Positions 37,009 to 50,125 of a stretch of 64,000 bases of DNA are shown here, one piece after another. Position 1 is the stretch's first letter. Every line of letters begins with the position of its first letter. This stretch comes from Marsupella aquatica (Eukaryota > Plantae > Marchantiophyta), in the NCBI GenBank assembly GCA_973895155.1, contig OZ316892.1, forward strand, positions 17,846,357 through 17,910,356. The letters run 5' to 3'. The position numbers and the translations under genes are program-made. The notes beneath the pieces are model-generated. The model saw nothing but the letters and a program-made list of their open reading frames with translations, was not told the origin of the DNA and ran no database searches.

Positions 37009-40000
37009 GGTGCCAGATTAAATTCAAAATCTAAAGTATACAAGGGATGCACCTTGGTAAGACACATTGAATTAAATACACAAGAAAAGAAGTTTGAATA
37101 AGACAAAATACTGGAAGATGGATTCACCATATAGCAGTTTCATTCACCCAATGCAAAAATGTGACTTCCCAAATAGTGTGCTAGAAAAATATGCTGCCAG
37201 TTTGGGGAAATGGAAATGAAAGTAAACTCCTTGTATGACGGCCTGAAAACTCTTACTTGCGACCAAATGCCCCACAAATGGTGTTTTCTGTTGAAATAGT
37301 CCCCATGACACATGTTTTGGCTAGGGATCAGCAATATAGAAAAATGTACTGGGAAATTTCAATTGCCACCTGCAAGAGTCTGGAAGCAATACCAAATTTC
37401 ACCATCAAAGATCATACACCAAGGTACGGCCATGGTAAAATAATTATAGACTGCTGTAATGTTCAAAGCATGCCCCAGGGAGGTTTTCAGCTACCAAATA
37501 TTCCAAAACTAAGAGTTCATGTAAAAACCTTTGGAGCCTGCACTAGGGCTTTGTTTATCACAGTGCCCATGTGATTTACTATGTACATAAATGCCTGAAA
37601 ATGATGCTCCTGTGGACCTGGCCCGTGAATCATGCAACCCCTTGGACAGTGGCACCTATTACCGTGCCTATTACACCTTCCCTTGACACCCTTCATGTTT
37701 CCAAAAAGTCTTCAGCAACCAAGTTCAATCTCTCTCCTTATATCCAACCTGAATGACTTTTCTTGGGCTCTTACTATAGAACCCACTTGGAAATATCTTT
37801 CCAACCAGTTTAATATCTCTAGTTTTCATGGAGAATTGAGAGTTGTGAATTTCTACAGAATACTCCAGCGAGATATGCTTAGTAGACCCCCCTCTGAGAA
37901 TAGTTTGCTTAATCAACCCCCTCGATATTTTTCCCCAATCTGGACCGTTCGTTGATGGACCTTTCAACCTCAGATCTGGACCATTGATAGACCTCAGGGG
38001 GTCGATAACAAGTTCCATTTTGGGGTAGATCAAGCAAATACCTCGATTATTCCATCATCCAATGTCCTTGCTTTGTGCCTCCCAAAATTTTTGAGCAATT
38101 ACCATTTACGTTGTTGGTGTGCCTGATTTTGAATGTTGAGTAGCTACAAAGGTCTATCTTTCAAATTTGCTGGAAAGCACTCATTCAAATAGGCTAGCCT
38201 TGAACAATTATTGAGGTTGGTCTCATCTAGTTTTAGTTCTAGGGTGGTACAGGATCGACTACCATTGTCTCACCCTGGTCTGCACAATGAATAAATAATT
38301 ATTAAAACTTTGGGCCTTACCAACAAAATACTTTTTGGCCCTTGTGAAACTTGTTAAGAATGTGTAATGTAAGGTTCAAAAACTTTCTAAGCGTCCTGAT
38401 GTAAACATTAACTTTCTAGAGTATACATGGTTTCTAAAATTCTACAATTTTTGAAAGTCAGGCCTGGGATGAACCTCCATGTTGGACAAGGTGCTCCCAT
38501 GGACCACATTTTGGTGGTCCATGGGAATTTTGCACTTATAGCTTCATGATTATGAATCTTATTTTTAAAATTTCACCTGCAAGGCAACTAGAGAAGGAAG
38601 AGACCTAACGAAATGCAAGCCCTGATATTTCATAATAACACAATGAAAAATAATCTGATAATTCAATAATTAAATCAAATATTCAAATAATAATAATTCA
38701 ATCAAAATGGCCAAAAATTCACTGTCATTTTCATGTAAGTGTAGCTGACCTCCTCCTCTAGCACATATTCAAAACTAAACAATATTTAAATATATGAAGA
38801 TAAAATTATTACAATAAACTCAATTTTTTGGGAAATGTTGTCCATGGGAGTTTCAAAAACAACATTGTGTTACATGGGAGCATCACTTTTAAAATATTTA
38901 AAAACAGGAGAATAATGTATTGGGCATGAGTTATTTCTTGGAATGAAATGCAATCAATATTTCGCACAGGTCCTGCATGAACCTGGGATGGCACTCGGTA
39001 TGTGTCCCCATATCCTCTCCATGATTGTGTTTAAAAAGGCAACCAGTACTAGCAAGGTCTTCATCACATTGATGGGAATCTTCTTACCATCCATAAATTT
39101 GCATGTTTGCATGTTTGGTGTTTGGTTCTAGTCCCTCCATTTGTCTAAATCGTAGAACATGCTCGGAACTTGCTTTTCATGGTTGGGCATTAAACCCATT
39201 TTTGTCTTTCTGGAACAAGCTCCCTTCATAGTCAGTCTCTATAAACATACAAATGGCTACTTTCCCTGGTGAGTCTTCCTGTATTAGCCTCTGAGGTTCA
39301 GCACCATTTTCTTAAGTTCATCACCACCAAATAGGAAGGCATGCAAAGACAAATAATAGCAAATCTAGAGGACTAAGAGAGACTCCAAGTAGGAATTCCA
39401 TAGGAGAGACCAGAAAAACTTTACATCTTTCATGTCATCATATCTATGGAACGAGCATAGCTGGGAGCTTTTCATGAATATCCACACGTGCATGAGAATT
39501 CTCATATCTTTGAAGAAAACAAGGCTACACATCATGTTTTAGACAGTCCCACTGAACTTAACTACCTATTCAAGATTTTGAATTATTACAAAGTTACGTT
39601 TTTTTTTCTTTTTTAGACAGTCTACTATCTAAGGGGCCTATCAAGTCCACAATCATTTTGGGCAAAAATTAGCTTCTTTTTCTCTATCTCATTAGCCAGA
39701 TTCCCACCTAATCATAGGCCCCATTAGCCAAAATCTAACCACAATTCTTAAATAAATGGATTTCTGACGATCAGGAAAATCAGATAGAGAATGTTTACGG
39801 ACCCCATGAGAGGTCCCTTCCAAAATTCCTGGCACCACAGACTGCCATGTTAACAACATCCGCAACAAACAAGACTTATCATTTTTGTGAATCAAAATTA
39901 TAGTTCTCATTCGTGTTTACGTCAATTTGGGTATAAATTTTGGGATGCCATGCCGTAAAAATAAAAATAAAAAAGTAGAAATGCGAAGAGCAAGACAGGT

Positions 40001-41453
40001 AAAATTGTCAATATGTAACTGTTTTAGTTACATATCCAATTTTTAAAATTAAATTCAAAGATTTAAAAATTAATTTTCATATATGAAACAATGACTAATA
40101 GTTAATTTGATAACTTCCTTGTTAAAGGGTAATTGGCACCTGGAGTAAGATTTTTGGCCTTTTGCAATTAAGGTAAATTGCTAGCTATGGTCCAAATTTG
40201 AACTCAACAAATTGATACAATTCATTGGATCAGTTATTGATTGGTTTCAAATGCACTTGTCATGGATTAAATTCTGACTCTCTTAGCTTGAGAATTTGGT
40301 TGCATGTAGCAACAAGCTAGGTCTGATTTTGACAATTGCTTGTGATAACCACGTTGTCCGCCTGCAAAGCAAAGCATTCTTGCGGCAGTTGAAGGAATGC
40401 CAAACTGCTCAGGCCATCACTGAATGGGTCCACAATGATTTCGTGAGAACATTCAAAACAATCTAAACAATGCAAACTGTAAAAACTACCTAACTTGTCC
40501 AACACAACATGACTACCAGCTTCCCTTCCTAATCAGACTTCTCTCTTCTCAAAGCTTAAGCTTTGCCTTTCTCCATTTGGTGAATAGTTGCATCAAGGTC
40601 ATGAGGCTATTAATTAACCTCTCATTTAAAACTTGCCAAAGTCAGACTTCTATGAAATCTCCATAATTTCCAATTATTTGAAAGTACATTGACAAATAGG
40701 GTGACAAATCTTCTACAAACAAGACTTAGCTACTGGAAAGCTTACCGTTAGGTGTTGAGAAAGGCAAATTGCTCAAATGATCTTGAGAAAGTAGTCTTCT
40801 CAACTCAAATTGAGTGCACATGGTACTTTAGTAGTCGAATATAGTGCCATCCAATGTCCAAATCAACTAACATAAAACAAACTGTGCCTTGGGTTTATTA
40901 ATGTTCTAACATTAGTTAAAATATCTCATAGATCTTCAGTGTTTTAATGCCTGCTACTAGAGCATTGTGGACCATATTAGCCTCTCAAAACTCAAGCCAA
41001 AAGCCCAAATTTTTCTGGTCATTATGAAGGAGATTTCTCCTATACTTTCACTAAAATTTGTAAACTATCTCATCATAATAATGTATGTTACCACAGCATT
41101 TTGGACCATAATAGTCTCCCACAACTTGAGCTATTAAAGCTAATATTAGATACATTATTTTTACTCAAACAAGACCTAAAAATGTATCTAGGGGGGCCAG
41201 GAACTAATTTGAGAATCTTCTCTTTCATAGAGTTGTCATTTGCCACTGGCCAGAAAGTGAAAAACTCAAAAGATACTACTATGGTCCATAATGCTTTGGT
41301 AATGGGACCTTAATTAATACACTTTATGATGCTTTGGTAACGGGACCTTAATACACTTTATGAGTGGTTTAATTTTACTAATTTAGTAAAGTAGAGGAGA
41401 GTGTTCATCCAATCTTTCTTTTGTTATTTCCATGCACTGAAAATAACAAAAGA

Positions 41454-41635
41454 AAAAAATCATGAGGGGCATTAAGTGTATTAGTCATGTCCTTGTAACT
41501 GGGCCATGATACCCCCCATAAAAAATCATGAGGGGAATCTTAGTCATGTCCTGGTTCAGGGCCATGATGCCCCCCAAAAATGAGGTGTAAAGTCATGTCC
41601 TGGTAGCAGGGCCATAATTTATGGCCCCCAAAACG
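41454..41635. repeat. ~50-60-bp tandem repeat x3
   Basis: AGTCATGTCCT...GGGCCAT occurs three times. Confidence 0.75.
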
Positions 41636-43303
41636 AGGGCTTTGAATCCAGTTTTGAGGGGCTACTATGGCGCACAAGGCCCTCCTAACAGGGTGTTAAT
41701 TCATTTGAAAGCCCTAGAGATGTTTTATATCTACCAATTGAATACGAGTAGAGGAAAAAGTGTTACAATGCCCCCACCCAAAACTAAATAGGTGTATTCT
41801 TCTCTATAAAGCACCAGAAATTAGAATGAAGAAAAATCACAAATACATTATGCTGGTATACTATCTACTATTTCTAAGCTCGGACTAGATCTATAAAACA
41901 TGCATTAAACTTTAGATGCCATAAATTTAGAGTCAAATTGCTTGACATTCATTGACTGGAAAATCACATTTATAGAATTTTTATAATATGTTTTTTTATA
42001 TTAAAAATAAGCAATTAATATTGAAAATAAAGAATATTCTTAGAATATTTTTTATCAAATAAATGTATTTATATTAAAGGCTAGAATTGCACGTGGCACC
42101 CCAAAATATACATTAGGTTAACCCCCTGAGAGTTAGCCAGCCTGGACTAGCTCATCAGTCATGGCGATGGTGGACTGCCTACGGCTGGGTTTGCACCATA
42201 AGCACAACAAATCTTGTCTGCTTTTGGTTGAAGCTGTCATTCTTTGAGAGGTGTCAAATTAGATCTCCACCAAGCCAATGATGTTGCATATGGGAAGTTC
42301 TAACTGTCGCCCATGTATAAGCGTGCAGTTTTCTTTTGTATCAGCCAACGTGATCCGCAATCAAGGTTTTTTGGAACAGAGGAATTACAGTACTAGGTGG
42401 ATCAGCTCTGGATTGTTTTTCTCTGACTTTTGTTGCTGCCTAGTCTTTGGTGATATGCAATGAAGGTTTATTGGAACAGAGGAAATAATTACATCAACCG
42501 TCTCTGGACCTTTGTCACCACCTTTTGTTTTGGCTGCTTTTGGTAAAGTTGTGATCTGCAATGGAGTTTTTTTAAACAAAGAAATTACATACGCCTTGTA
42601 TCTGGACCTTTATCTCCGGTTTTTGTATCCGCTCCTTCTGTGTGACTGAAGGTTTTTTTTTGGAACAGAGGAATTACATGGATTTTTGTTTGTAATTGTT
42701 GGCTTGTTTTCGGTAAGGTTGTTCTTGCCTTTAGCACTTTGTATGGGATCTGCATTTGGAACGCTGTTTGGAGGACGTTGTACCAAAACAGTTTGTGCAA
42801 GGTTTGGATGAAGTTATCAAAGCAGAGAAGGGAGAGAAAGGAGGGCTGCTAGAATTTCCATTCACCCTCAATTTGCTGGAGTTCTTCTCAGTACTCTATT
42901 GCATTCCATTTTGTATAGCAACGAAACTATTTGCACAACTTCTTTTTTGTCTTCCTCTCTTTATGTGTGTTCATTGATAGGTGCTTATGTACATCTTCTT
43001 TGTTTCATTTCTTCTTGCATGTCATCGTAGCGTAGTGGTTTTGCGTGTTTGTGCTCTCTTGTGCACATATGGTGGTCTTCGCTGAAGAAGTCAAATCGGG
43101 AAAGACAGGAAAGGACTTAATGGGCCCCGTCTAGCATCTTGTGCACTTGATTGACTACAAAGATATTGAGTACTTGATAGGCCCCTTGGATGGTAGACCA
43201 TCTAAAATCCAAAGAATATACTAACTCCATAGTAATCCAAAAATTAGAGTAATTCCACAGTAGTTGATGTCGAGTTTACCTCTGCTACATAGGGCCCCAC
43301 TAC

Positions 43304-43885
43304 ATACTTGGGGTGTCACAAACCTACAAAATATTAATTTTGATAAACCCCAACATTTTATTGAATGATTAAAGGAATTCTAGGCACCATTAGATACTCG
43401 GGGTGTCACAAACCTACAAAATATTAACTTTGATATACTTGGGGTATCACAAACCTATTAAATATTAATTTTGATAAACCCCGACATTTTATTGAATGAT
43501 GAAAGGAATACAAAACTACAAAATATTAACTTTGATATACTTGGGGTGTCACAAACCTACAATGAAAATATTAATTTTGATAAACCCCAACATTTTATTG
43601 AATGATTAAAGGAATTCCACGCTCCATTATATACTCGGAGTGTCACAAACCTACAAAATATTAACTTTGACAAACCCCAACATTTTATTTAATGATTAAA
43701 GGAATTATACGCTCCACTACATACTCAGGGTGTCACAAACCTACAAAATATTAACTTTGATAAACCCCAACATTTTATTGAATGATTAAAGGAATTAAAT
43801 TCTCCACTGCATACTTTGGTGTCACAAACCTACCAAATATTAATTTTGATAAACTCAAATATTTTATTGGATGATTAAAGTAATT
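43304..43885. repeat. Minisatellite (~90-bp unit, ~7 copies) amplified from the left TIR
   Basis: GGTGTCACAAACCTACAAAATATTAA.TTTGATAAACCCCAACATTTTATTGAATGATTAAAGGAATT is repeated. Confidence 0.9.
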
Positions 43886-44695
43886 CTATTTGAGCTGTGA
43901 TCTTTGACATTCAGGGGGTCTCACTATATGGGGACCTCCCCATCACCTGCAACATTTTTAGGTCTCAGACCCCCTAAAATGTAAGATTTTTAATTTATTT
44001 TTTAACCCCTATAAAGTTGGACTATTCAAAAAATTGGATTAAAAAGACCCTAAAGTTCTTATAAGTATCAAAATTGAATTTAAAAGACCCTATTGTTCTT
44101 CTACAAAAATTCTTAAGTTTTCCCTTAGAACCAATAAATTAACCCTATCCTTTGTCGTACGTGATAATTATGTCATTTTTGTGAAAGTGAAACCCATGAG
44201 AGCTACCTATGTACTAAAAAATGTTGGGATGTCCTAGACGCCTCCAACACTCAATCCTATCCCCTCAATCATCACTATTTACATGTTTTTGACACCTCCA
44301 ACACTCTTGGGTGTCTCACCACATAGAAGGCCCCCATCACCTGCGGCGTTTATAAGCCATGCACCCCCCAAAAATGTAAGAAATTATTTTTATTTTTTAA
44401 AACCTATAAATTTGGAATATTCCAAAACTTTGATTAAAACACCCTAATGTTTTTACAAGACTCCAAGTTGGATTTAAAAGACCCTAAAGTTCTTCCACGA
44501 AAATTTGTAAGTCTTCCCTTAAAACCAATAAAATTACTCTATTCTTCGTCGAACATGATGTGTCAATTCTATGGAAGTGAAACCCCCGAGCCAACACTCA
44601 ATCCCATCTCCTCAAATGTCACTATTTTACAAATTGTAATCTACAATTCTACATTTTTCTTTAGGTATCTAGAACAAATAACCAAAACTAAGCTA

Positions 44696-45058
44696 CACTC
44701 TTCACCATAATTAGCTAGTGTTATGCAAGAATTAGCTTCATTACAACATTGGTGTCACTAATACTAATTTTGGTAAAAGTGATTATGTCCGAGTAAAACT
44801 ATTTTTTGCCAGATTTCAGAATAGTTTCTTTCCACTCTTGTTTAGATTGCTAGTAAAAAATGGGCGATCTTGAGTCCAAAGTAACACTAATTTTTGTGTA
44901 TTTTTCAAAACAGTATTTTTACTCTATTTTCCACTGTTGAGACCACAATGACACTCTTTCATGCACATGGAAACAATGTCATGACAAAATTAGTGTGACT
45001 AACACTAGTTCACAAGTGGACTAATTAGTGTGAGTAACACCAGTTATGGTGAACAGTG
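44696..45058. mobile_element. 363-bp MITE with CACT.TTCACCATAA TIRs and TA target duplication
   Basis: TA|CACTCTTCACCATAA...TTATGGTGAACAGTG|TA. The paralogous empty site AAAACTAAGC-TA-GGTAC is present at 3951-3967. Confidence 0.85.
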
Positions 45059-46025
45059 TAGGTACAGTTATGGTAGAATAAGTTAACAGATTCTAAAGGA
45101 AGGGTAAAAGTATTATGCTTTTGCAAAACGTAAGACTTAAGGAAAGTTACCAAGCACAGATTTTTGTGGACATGAGATTGAGTGTTATGTCCAACAGGTC
45201 ATGTCCAAAAGGTCCCAACTTTTTCAGTAGGTAGGTTGAACTTTAGTAATCACATCAAATAATTTTCAGTTCAAACAAAATTCATTTAGTCATCCAATAC
45301 AATGTTTGAGTTGATAGAAAAATTGACATTTTGTAGGTTTTGTGGCTCCCCAAGTATATAGTGTCACCCTGTGCAGCGGAGGAAAACCCACAACGATATC
45401 TGCGGAATTATTGTATTTTGTGGATTACTATGGAGTTATGGTATTTTTTGGATTTTGGACGGCCTTCCGTCCAAGGCTGGGGCCTGATCAAGTCCTCAAT
45501 CCATATTTGTGGTCAATCAAGTCCACAAGATGCTAGATGGGGCAGTTTTAAGTTCTTTCTTGCACTGAAGAAGATAAATTAGTTTGAGGACCCCTTGGTT
45601 ACGTAAGCTTGTTTATTGAACTATTTGGAGCCATGAAGATTAGCACATTAGAATAGATCAATGAGATGACAAGATTAAATGATGAATTCTAAATGCAGTG
45701 AATTTTAAAGATAGTTAGGAAATTTCATTAAATGACATAATTTTTGCATCCATGAATTGAGATAAACACTCTCATGATACTTAACCATGTTTGTCGTACA
45801 AATTTTAATTTTCATCATGCAAAAAGTTGGGAAACAAAGTGGGAAAGGGAAACCCAACAAAACAAGAAAGATGGGGAGAAAGGAGGAACATTGCTGAGAA
45901 AAGGGGAGGGTAAGCTTGATTTTGGGCCCTTCTCTCCTATGCTTGGATGAGTAAAAGGAAAAAACTTTGTTTCCATGATATCTTTTGCGAAAACAACTTC
46001 TCTTAGATAACTACATCTTTTCACA

Positions 46026-46319
46026 ATGATATCTTTCACTCAAGGACATGTTTGGTTTATAGCCTGGAGCTAGTGTGACACAATTGATTCCAGTGACAAA
46101 ATTCGTGTGCAAAACTAGCATCCAATTATTTGTCTAGAATGGTTAAACCATCACTAGCCATGACAAAATCTAGATCCACATGATATCTTTCACTCAAGGA
46201 CATGTTTGGTTTATGGCCTGGAGCTAGTGTGACACAATTAATTCTAGTGACAAAATTCGTTTGCAAAACTAGCATCCAATTATTTGTGTAGAACGGTTAA
46301 ACCACCAGTAGCCATGACA
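46026..46319. repeat. Tandem duplication, period ~154 bp
   Basis: ATGATATCTTTCACTCAAGGACATG...GCCATGACA occurs at 46026 and 46180. Confidence 0.88.
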
Positions 46320-46404
46320 CTCCTTTCACCGGACACAGTACCATCTTAAATTGTGGAGAAAAAACCAAAATGGCACCCTAGAGGAGAAGAATGAGTGGAA
46401 TGTA

Positions 46405-46858
46405 AGAAAAAGTAGAAATGGCCGCCACAGGTTTTCACTGTCGGACATGGTGTCTACTTGTCGGACCCGACAAATGACAACTTGTCGGCTCAAAAATGGG
46501 TCATTTGTCGGATATTTCTCTATATTCCCCGGCCGGGACCGACTCCCCGACCTGACTCCCCGACCCAACCCGACCAACACCCCGACCCCCCGACCGACCC
46601 CCCCCGACTGACCCTACCCCCCGAGCCAACCTCCCGACCCAACCCGACCAAAACCCCTCCCTCGACTGACCCCCGACCCAACCCCGACCCGACCCAGCCC
46701 CCCGACCCTCCCCCCCGGGCCAACCCGACCCTCACCCGACCCGACCCCCATTACCCGGCCGGGATCGATCGGGGCAACATCTGTCGGATGTCGGACCCCA
46801 ATGCCCCTATTTGTCGGACAAGTTCATACCAGGTGGTGGCCATTTCCCACTTTTATAT
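46405..46858. mobile_element. MITE-like element with a central C-rich CCGAC array
   Basis: TIR AAAAGTAGAAATGGCCGCCAC pairs with GTGGTGGCCATTTCCCACTTTT. Subterminal TGTCGG motifs are present. The CCGAC array at ~46535-46750 lies between two CCCGGCCGGGA.CGA copies. Confidence 0.65.
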
Positions 46859-49689
46859 GGCTAGTGCCAGTGAGCGTCATTGACATAGAAAGGCTTGGAA
46901 AAAATACACGTTCTTTGTAAAGACTCCTGACCCGATATGCCCTGTCCGAGAACAATTCCATCTGATTCGCGTGGAAAGAATTTGAATTCTCTAAACAAAC
47001 CACTCAGCAGAATCTCATTAATTGCACTTCTCATTATGCAAACAATATTGATGCAAAAGCACAACATTACCTCAGGAAATACTATCATTTCCTCTCTTCT
47101 TCCCGGAAAGGCTGCAAGCATTAATTAAAGCATCCATCAGGATGGGTACACAAACTAATTGTATCATTCTACTTGGGGGCTGGGGGGGGTAAACTCTACT
47201 TGGAAGGTTGTCCTTTGAACAATACATTCAGGGTTAGATTCCCTGTGAGCTTTTGACAGAGGTGACTTGTTTGAAATAAACTTACTAGAAAACAAACATT
47301 GGAAAAAATCAGACCAAGGTACACTTGGATATAATATTGACATTTGTATGTGTTGAAATGTGTGGTTACTAATGCTAATGTCATCTCGGGGGTTTCACAA
47401 AATTGGCACATTACATGCGGCAAAGTATATGGTCCATTATTTTATTGGTTCTAAGGGAAAACTTAAGAAGTTTTTGGGAAGAACATTAAGGTTCTTTAAA
47501 TCCCATTTTGGGACTTACAAGCGGGCTTACAAGGACTTAAGCAGTTTTTAATAAAATCTTGGAATATTTTAAGAATACTCCAACTTTGTATGGATTGAAA
47601 AATAATTGTCTTTCTTATATTTTAGGGTGACCAAGGCCCAAAAACAACGCAGGTGATGGGGCTCCAGGCTTCCATATAGTGAGACCTCCGAGAATGCCTT
47701 GGGGAAGGATTTCAATTTTTTTGGTTAGTTGCTCCTTTCTCTGTGTTGGAAAATGTTAGCCATTGGATGGACCTGGTTCATGTGACTTCTTCTTGAAGGC
47801 CGGACAGTCTTTTGGGAAAAACCTTGGGTGCCACGTGCCATGTGGTGGTGGCATGTGTCAAAGCATTTGCTGGCCAGTATCTGGAGTATATGTAAACTTA
47901 CATTTTCCTAGCTTATAGGGGGAAAATGATGAAATGTTTTCCTGCAATAAGGGTTTGAAAATATCCTAGGATATTTATTTTGACAAATGTCTTTCTGTAA
48001 GAGCACATTAAGAATTCAATTTATATAAAATTAAAATAGGGTGAAGTCAAAGCACTATGGGTTGCCACGACATGGCCAAGGACATGGCCACATAGGCAAA
48101 ACAACACAATAAAGGGGAGGGAAGAAGAAGAAGAAAAGGCCCCAAGCAGACCCACGAGGTCCAACAAGCCAAGAACAAAAACAATGAACCCACTAACACC
48201 AACATAAACATGCCAAAAAGACAGGCACCCTATTGGGAAGAGAACTTGCCCCGAGCTAGTCTCCAGTAAAGAAAGAATCCGTGGGATGAGAAGTGTCATG
48301 GCTTTATCCAGAGTTTTATAACCTCCATGTCGACTTCGCACATTGCATCTCTGGATTTCCAGGCACTTTTCAAATTAGCAACTAGTATGTCCATTGCCCT
48401 TCAGTTAGCTTAGGCTTTCAGTATCCTTCATAGGGCGAGGCAGTTGGTTTTAGGGTCTCTACACAGATTCCACTTCATGACCCTCATTGGTATTTATTTC
48501 GGAGCTAGCTCTACAATTCTTGATGTGTTCTTGGGTCCACTCTAGAGGACCTTGCCTAGTGTCTGCAATTTTGGGGGCTTTCCAGCTCCATATCCCAGTG
48601 AGAGACCTTGCATGCAAGTGGACAGAAGCATGGATTGAAGTCAGACGCTTCCAAGTGGACAAGAAGAAGTGCAAGTTTCTTTGTCCATATAGTATACTTA
48701 GCATGTTCATCCTAGAACATGCTTCATTTGTTTGTCCTGTAGTGATGTGTAAATGAGTATTGCATAGTATTTGATAGGATTGAGTGGGAAACTACAACAC
48801 ATGCCAAATAAAAGTACATGTTACATAGTGCACAAGTCTTGAAAAATAGTGCACATAAGGCACAAATTCTCACTTGCTTTAATGACAATCAAATCAATCA
48901 AAAATTGTGCAAATAAGGTACAGGATACTTCCTTTCCTTAGGTAATGACAATAAAAACCATAAGCTTAGAAAATAAAAGTTTGAAGAGTACTTAGAGTAG
49001 GAGGCTTCCCTCCACACCTTAAGTATCAATTCTCTCTCTCAAACACTAGAATTGGCAGAAATTCCACAAAATCTGTTAAAGGGGGTGAATGCACTCTATT
49101 AAAAACTAAATGTAGTGGGGACTGAGAGCCCTAGCATAGGACGATAAAAAACACTTAGAGGGCTGCCAAAGTAATCTAAAGTTATTTTATACAAGTGATG
49201 CACCTTGTTAAGACACATTAAAATAAAACTATATGACAAAAATTCTTGGTAAGACAAAACATCGAAAAGTGGATTTGGCCATTATAGCCAGTCAGTGTCA
49301 AAATTTACATAGGCCCATGTCTTCAATAAGTTGCTGCATTGAAGGAATGCCACTAAATCCTGAATGACCCATCCTGGAATATTCAAGTAGAGATTGCAAA
49401 AGTTTAATATCCAACTTTACGCATGCTTCCCCAAATGATATTGAATTTTTAAAATTAATCCATGGACCCCCATGTTCATCCAAGGAATGTGTGTGTGATG
49501 AAGTGAAATTTCAGCAAGGCAGTAACCAATGATTTTGAGTCTCCTGGTGGTCTTGGTGTGTGCTCGTACTAAAGAGAACGCTCAAAAGATAGAGGAGATT
49601 GATTTGGTTGAGATAATCTCTTTGGCTTATCAGATGGAACCTGGTTGAATGTGGAGGATTTGAGTTCTAAATGAAATTTTGAATTTTTC

Positions 49690-50125
49690 TGCCTTTCCAA
49701 TGAGTGTGACAATAAGAAATTTAGATCATGAGTTTATGAATTATTTTAGCTTTCTCACATTGAGTTTGACATTGACAAATTTAATGTCAGATTTTGTCAC
49801 GATACTAAAGAGATCATGAGGTTTTCAATCTCTCTAGCTTTCTAATGTGTGACATTGGGAGTATTCATCAAGAATTAGATAGATCATGAGCATCCAAATT
49901 TCTCTAGCTTTACAATGCACCTAATATTGATAGATTTTGTCAAGTACTAAGGAGATGATGAGTTTCTAATTTTACTCTAGCTTCCAATTAATGAATGTGA
50001 CATTGAAAGATTTTATCAAGACAATATTAACGAGGTCATGAATTTCTTGATCTTAAGCTTTCCAATGAATCAAACATTGATAGATTTCATCAAGTACTAA
50101 GGAGATTGATTATTTAGTTTTACAA
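49690..50125. repeat. Degenerate ~60-70-bp tandem repeat
   Basis: Recurring AGCTTTC..ATG..TGTGACATTG...TCAAG...AGATCATGAG units, about 6-7 copies. Confidence 0.65.

Larger units (their letters stand above)
43101..45566. mobile_element. ~2.5-kb foldback (Mutator-like) non-autonomous element with nested insertions
   Basis: The left arm CAGGAAAGGACTTAA...CTAGCATCTTGTG...CTCCATAGTAATCCA is mirrored by TGGATTACTATGGAG...CACAAGATGCTAG...TTAAGTTCTTTCTTG. Same family as 3528-4414. Confidence 0.7.

Noticed and set aside
37140-39540. Possible decayed transposase or other coding remnants (also 48250-48760 and 63310-63650)
   Set aside because: There are stretches of coding-like composition but many stops and no motif I could assign.
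46458-46883. Pro-rich extensin-like ORF
   Set aside because: It arises from the C-rich CCGAC array inside a TIR-bounded element. It has no signal peptide or SPPPP/Tyr motifs.
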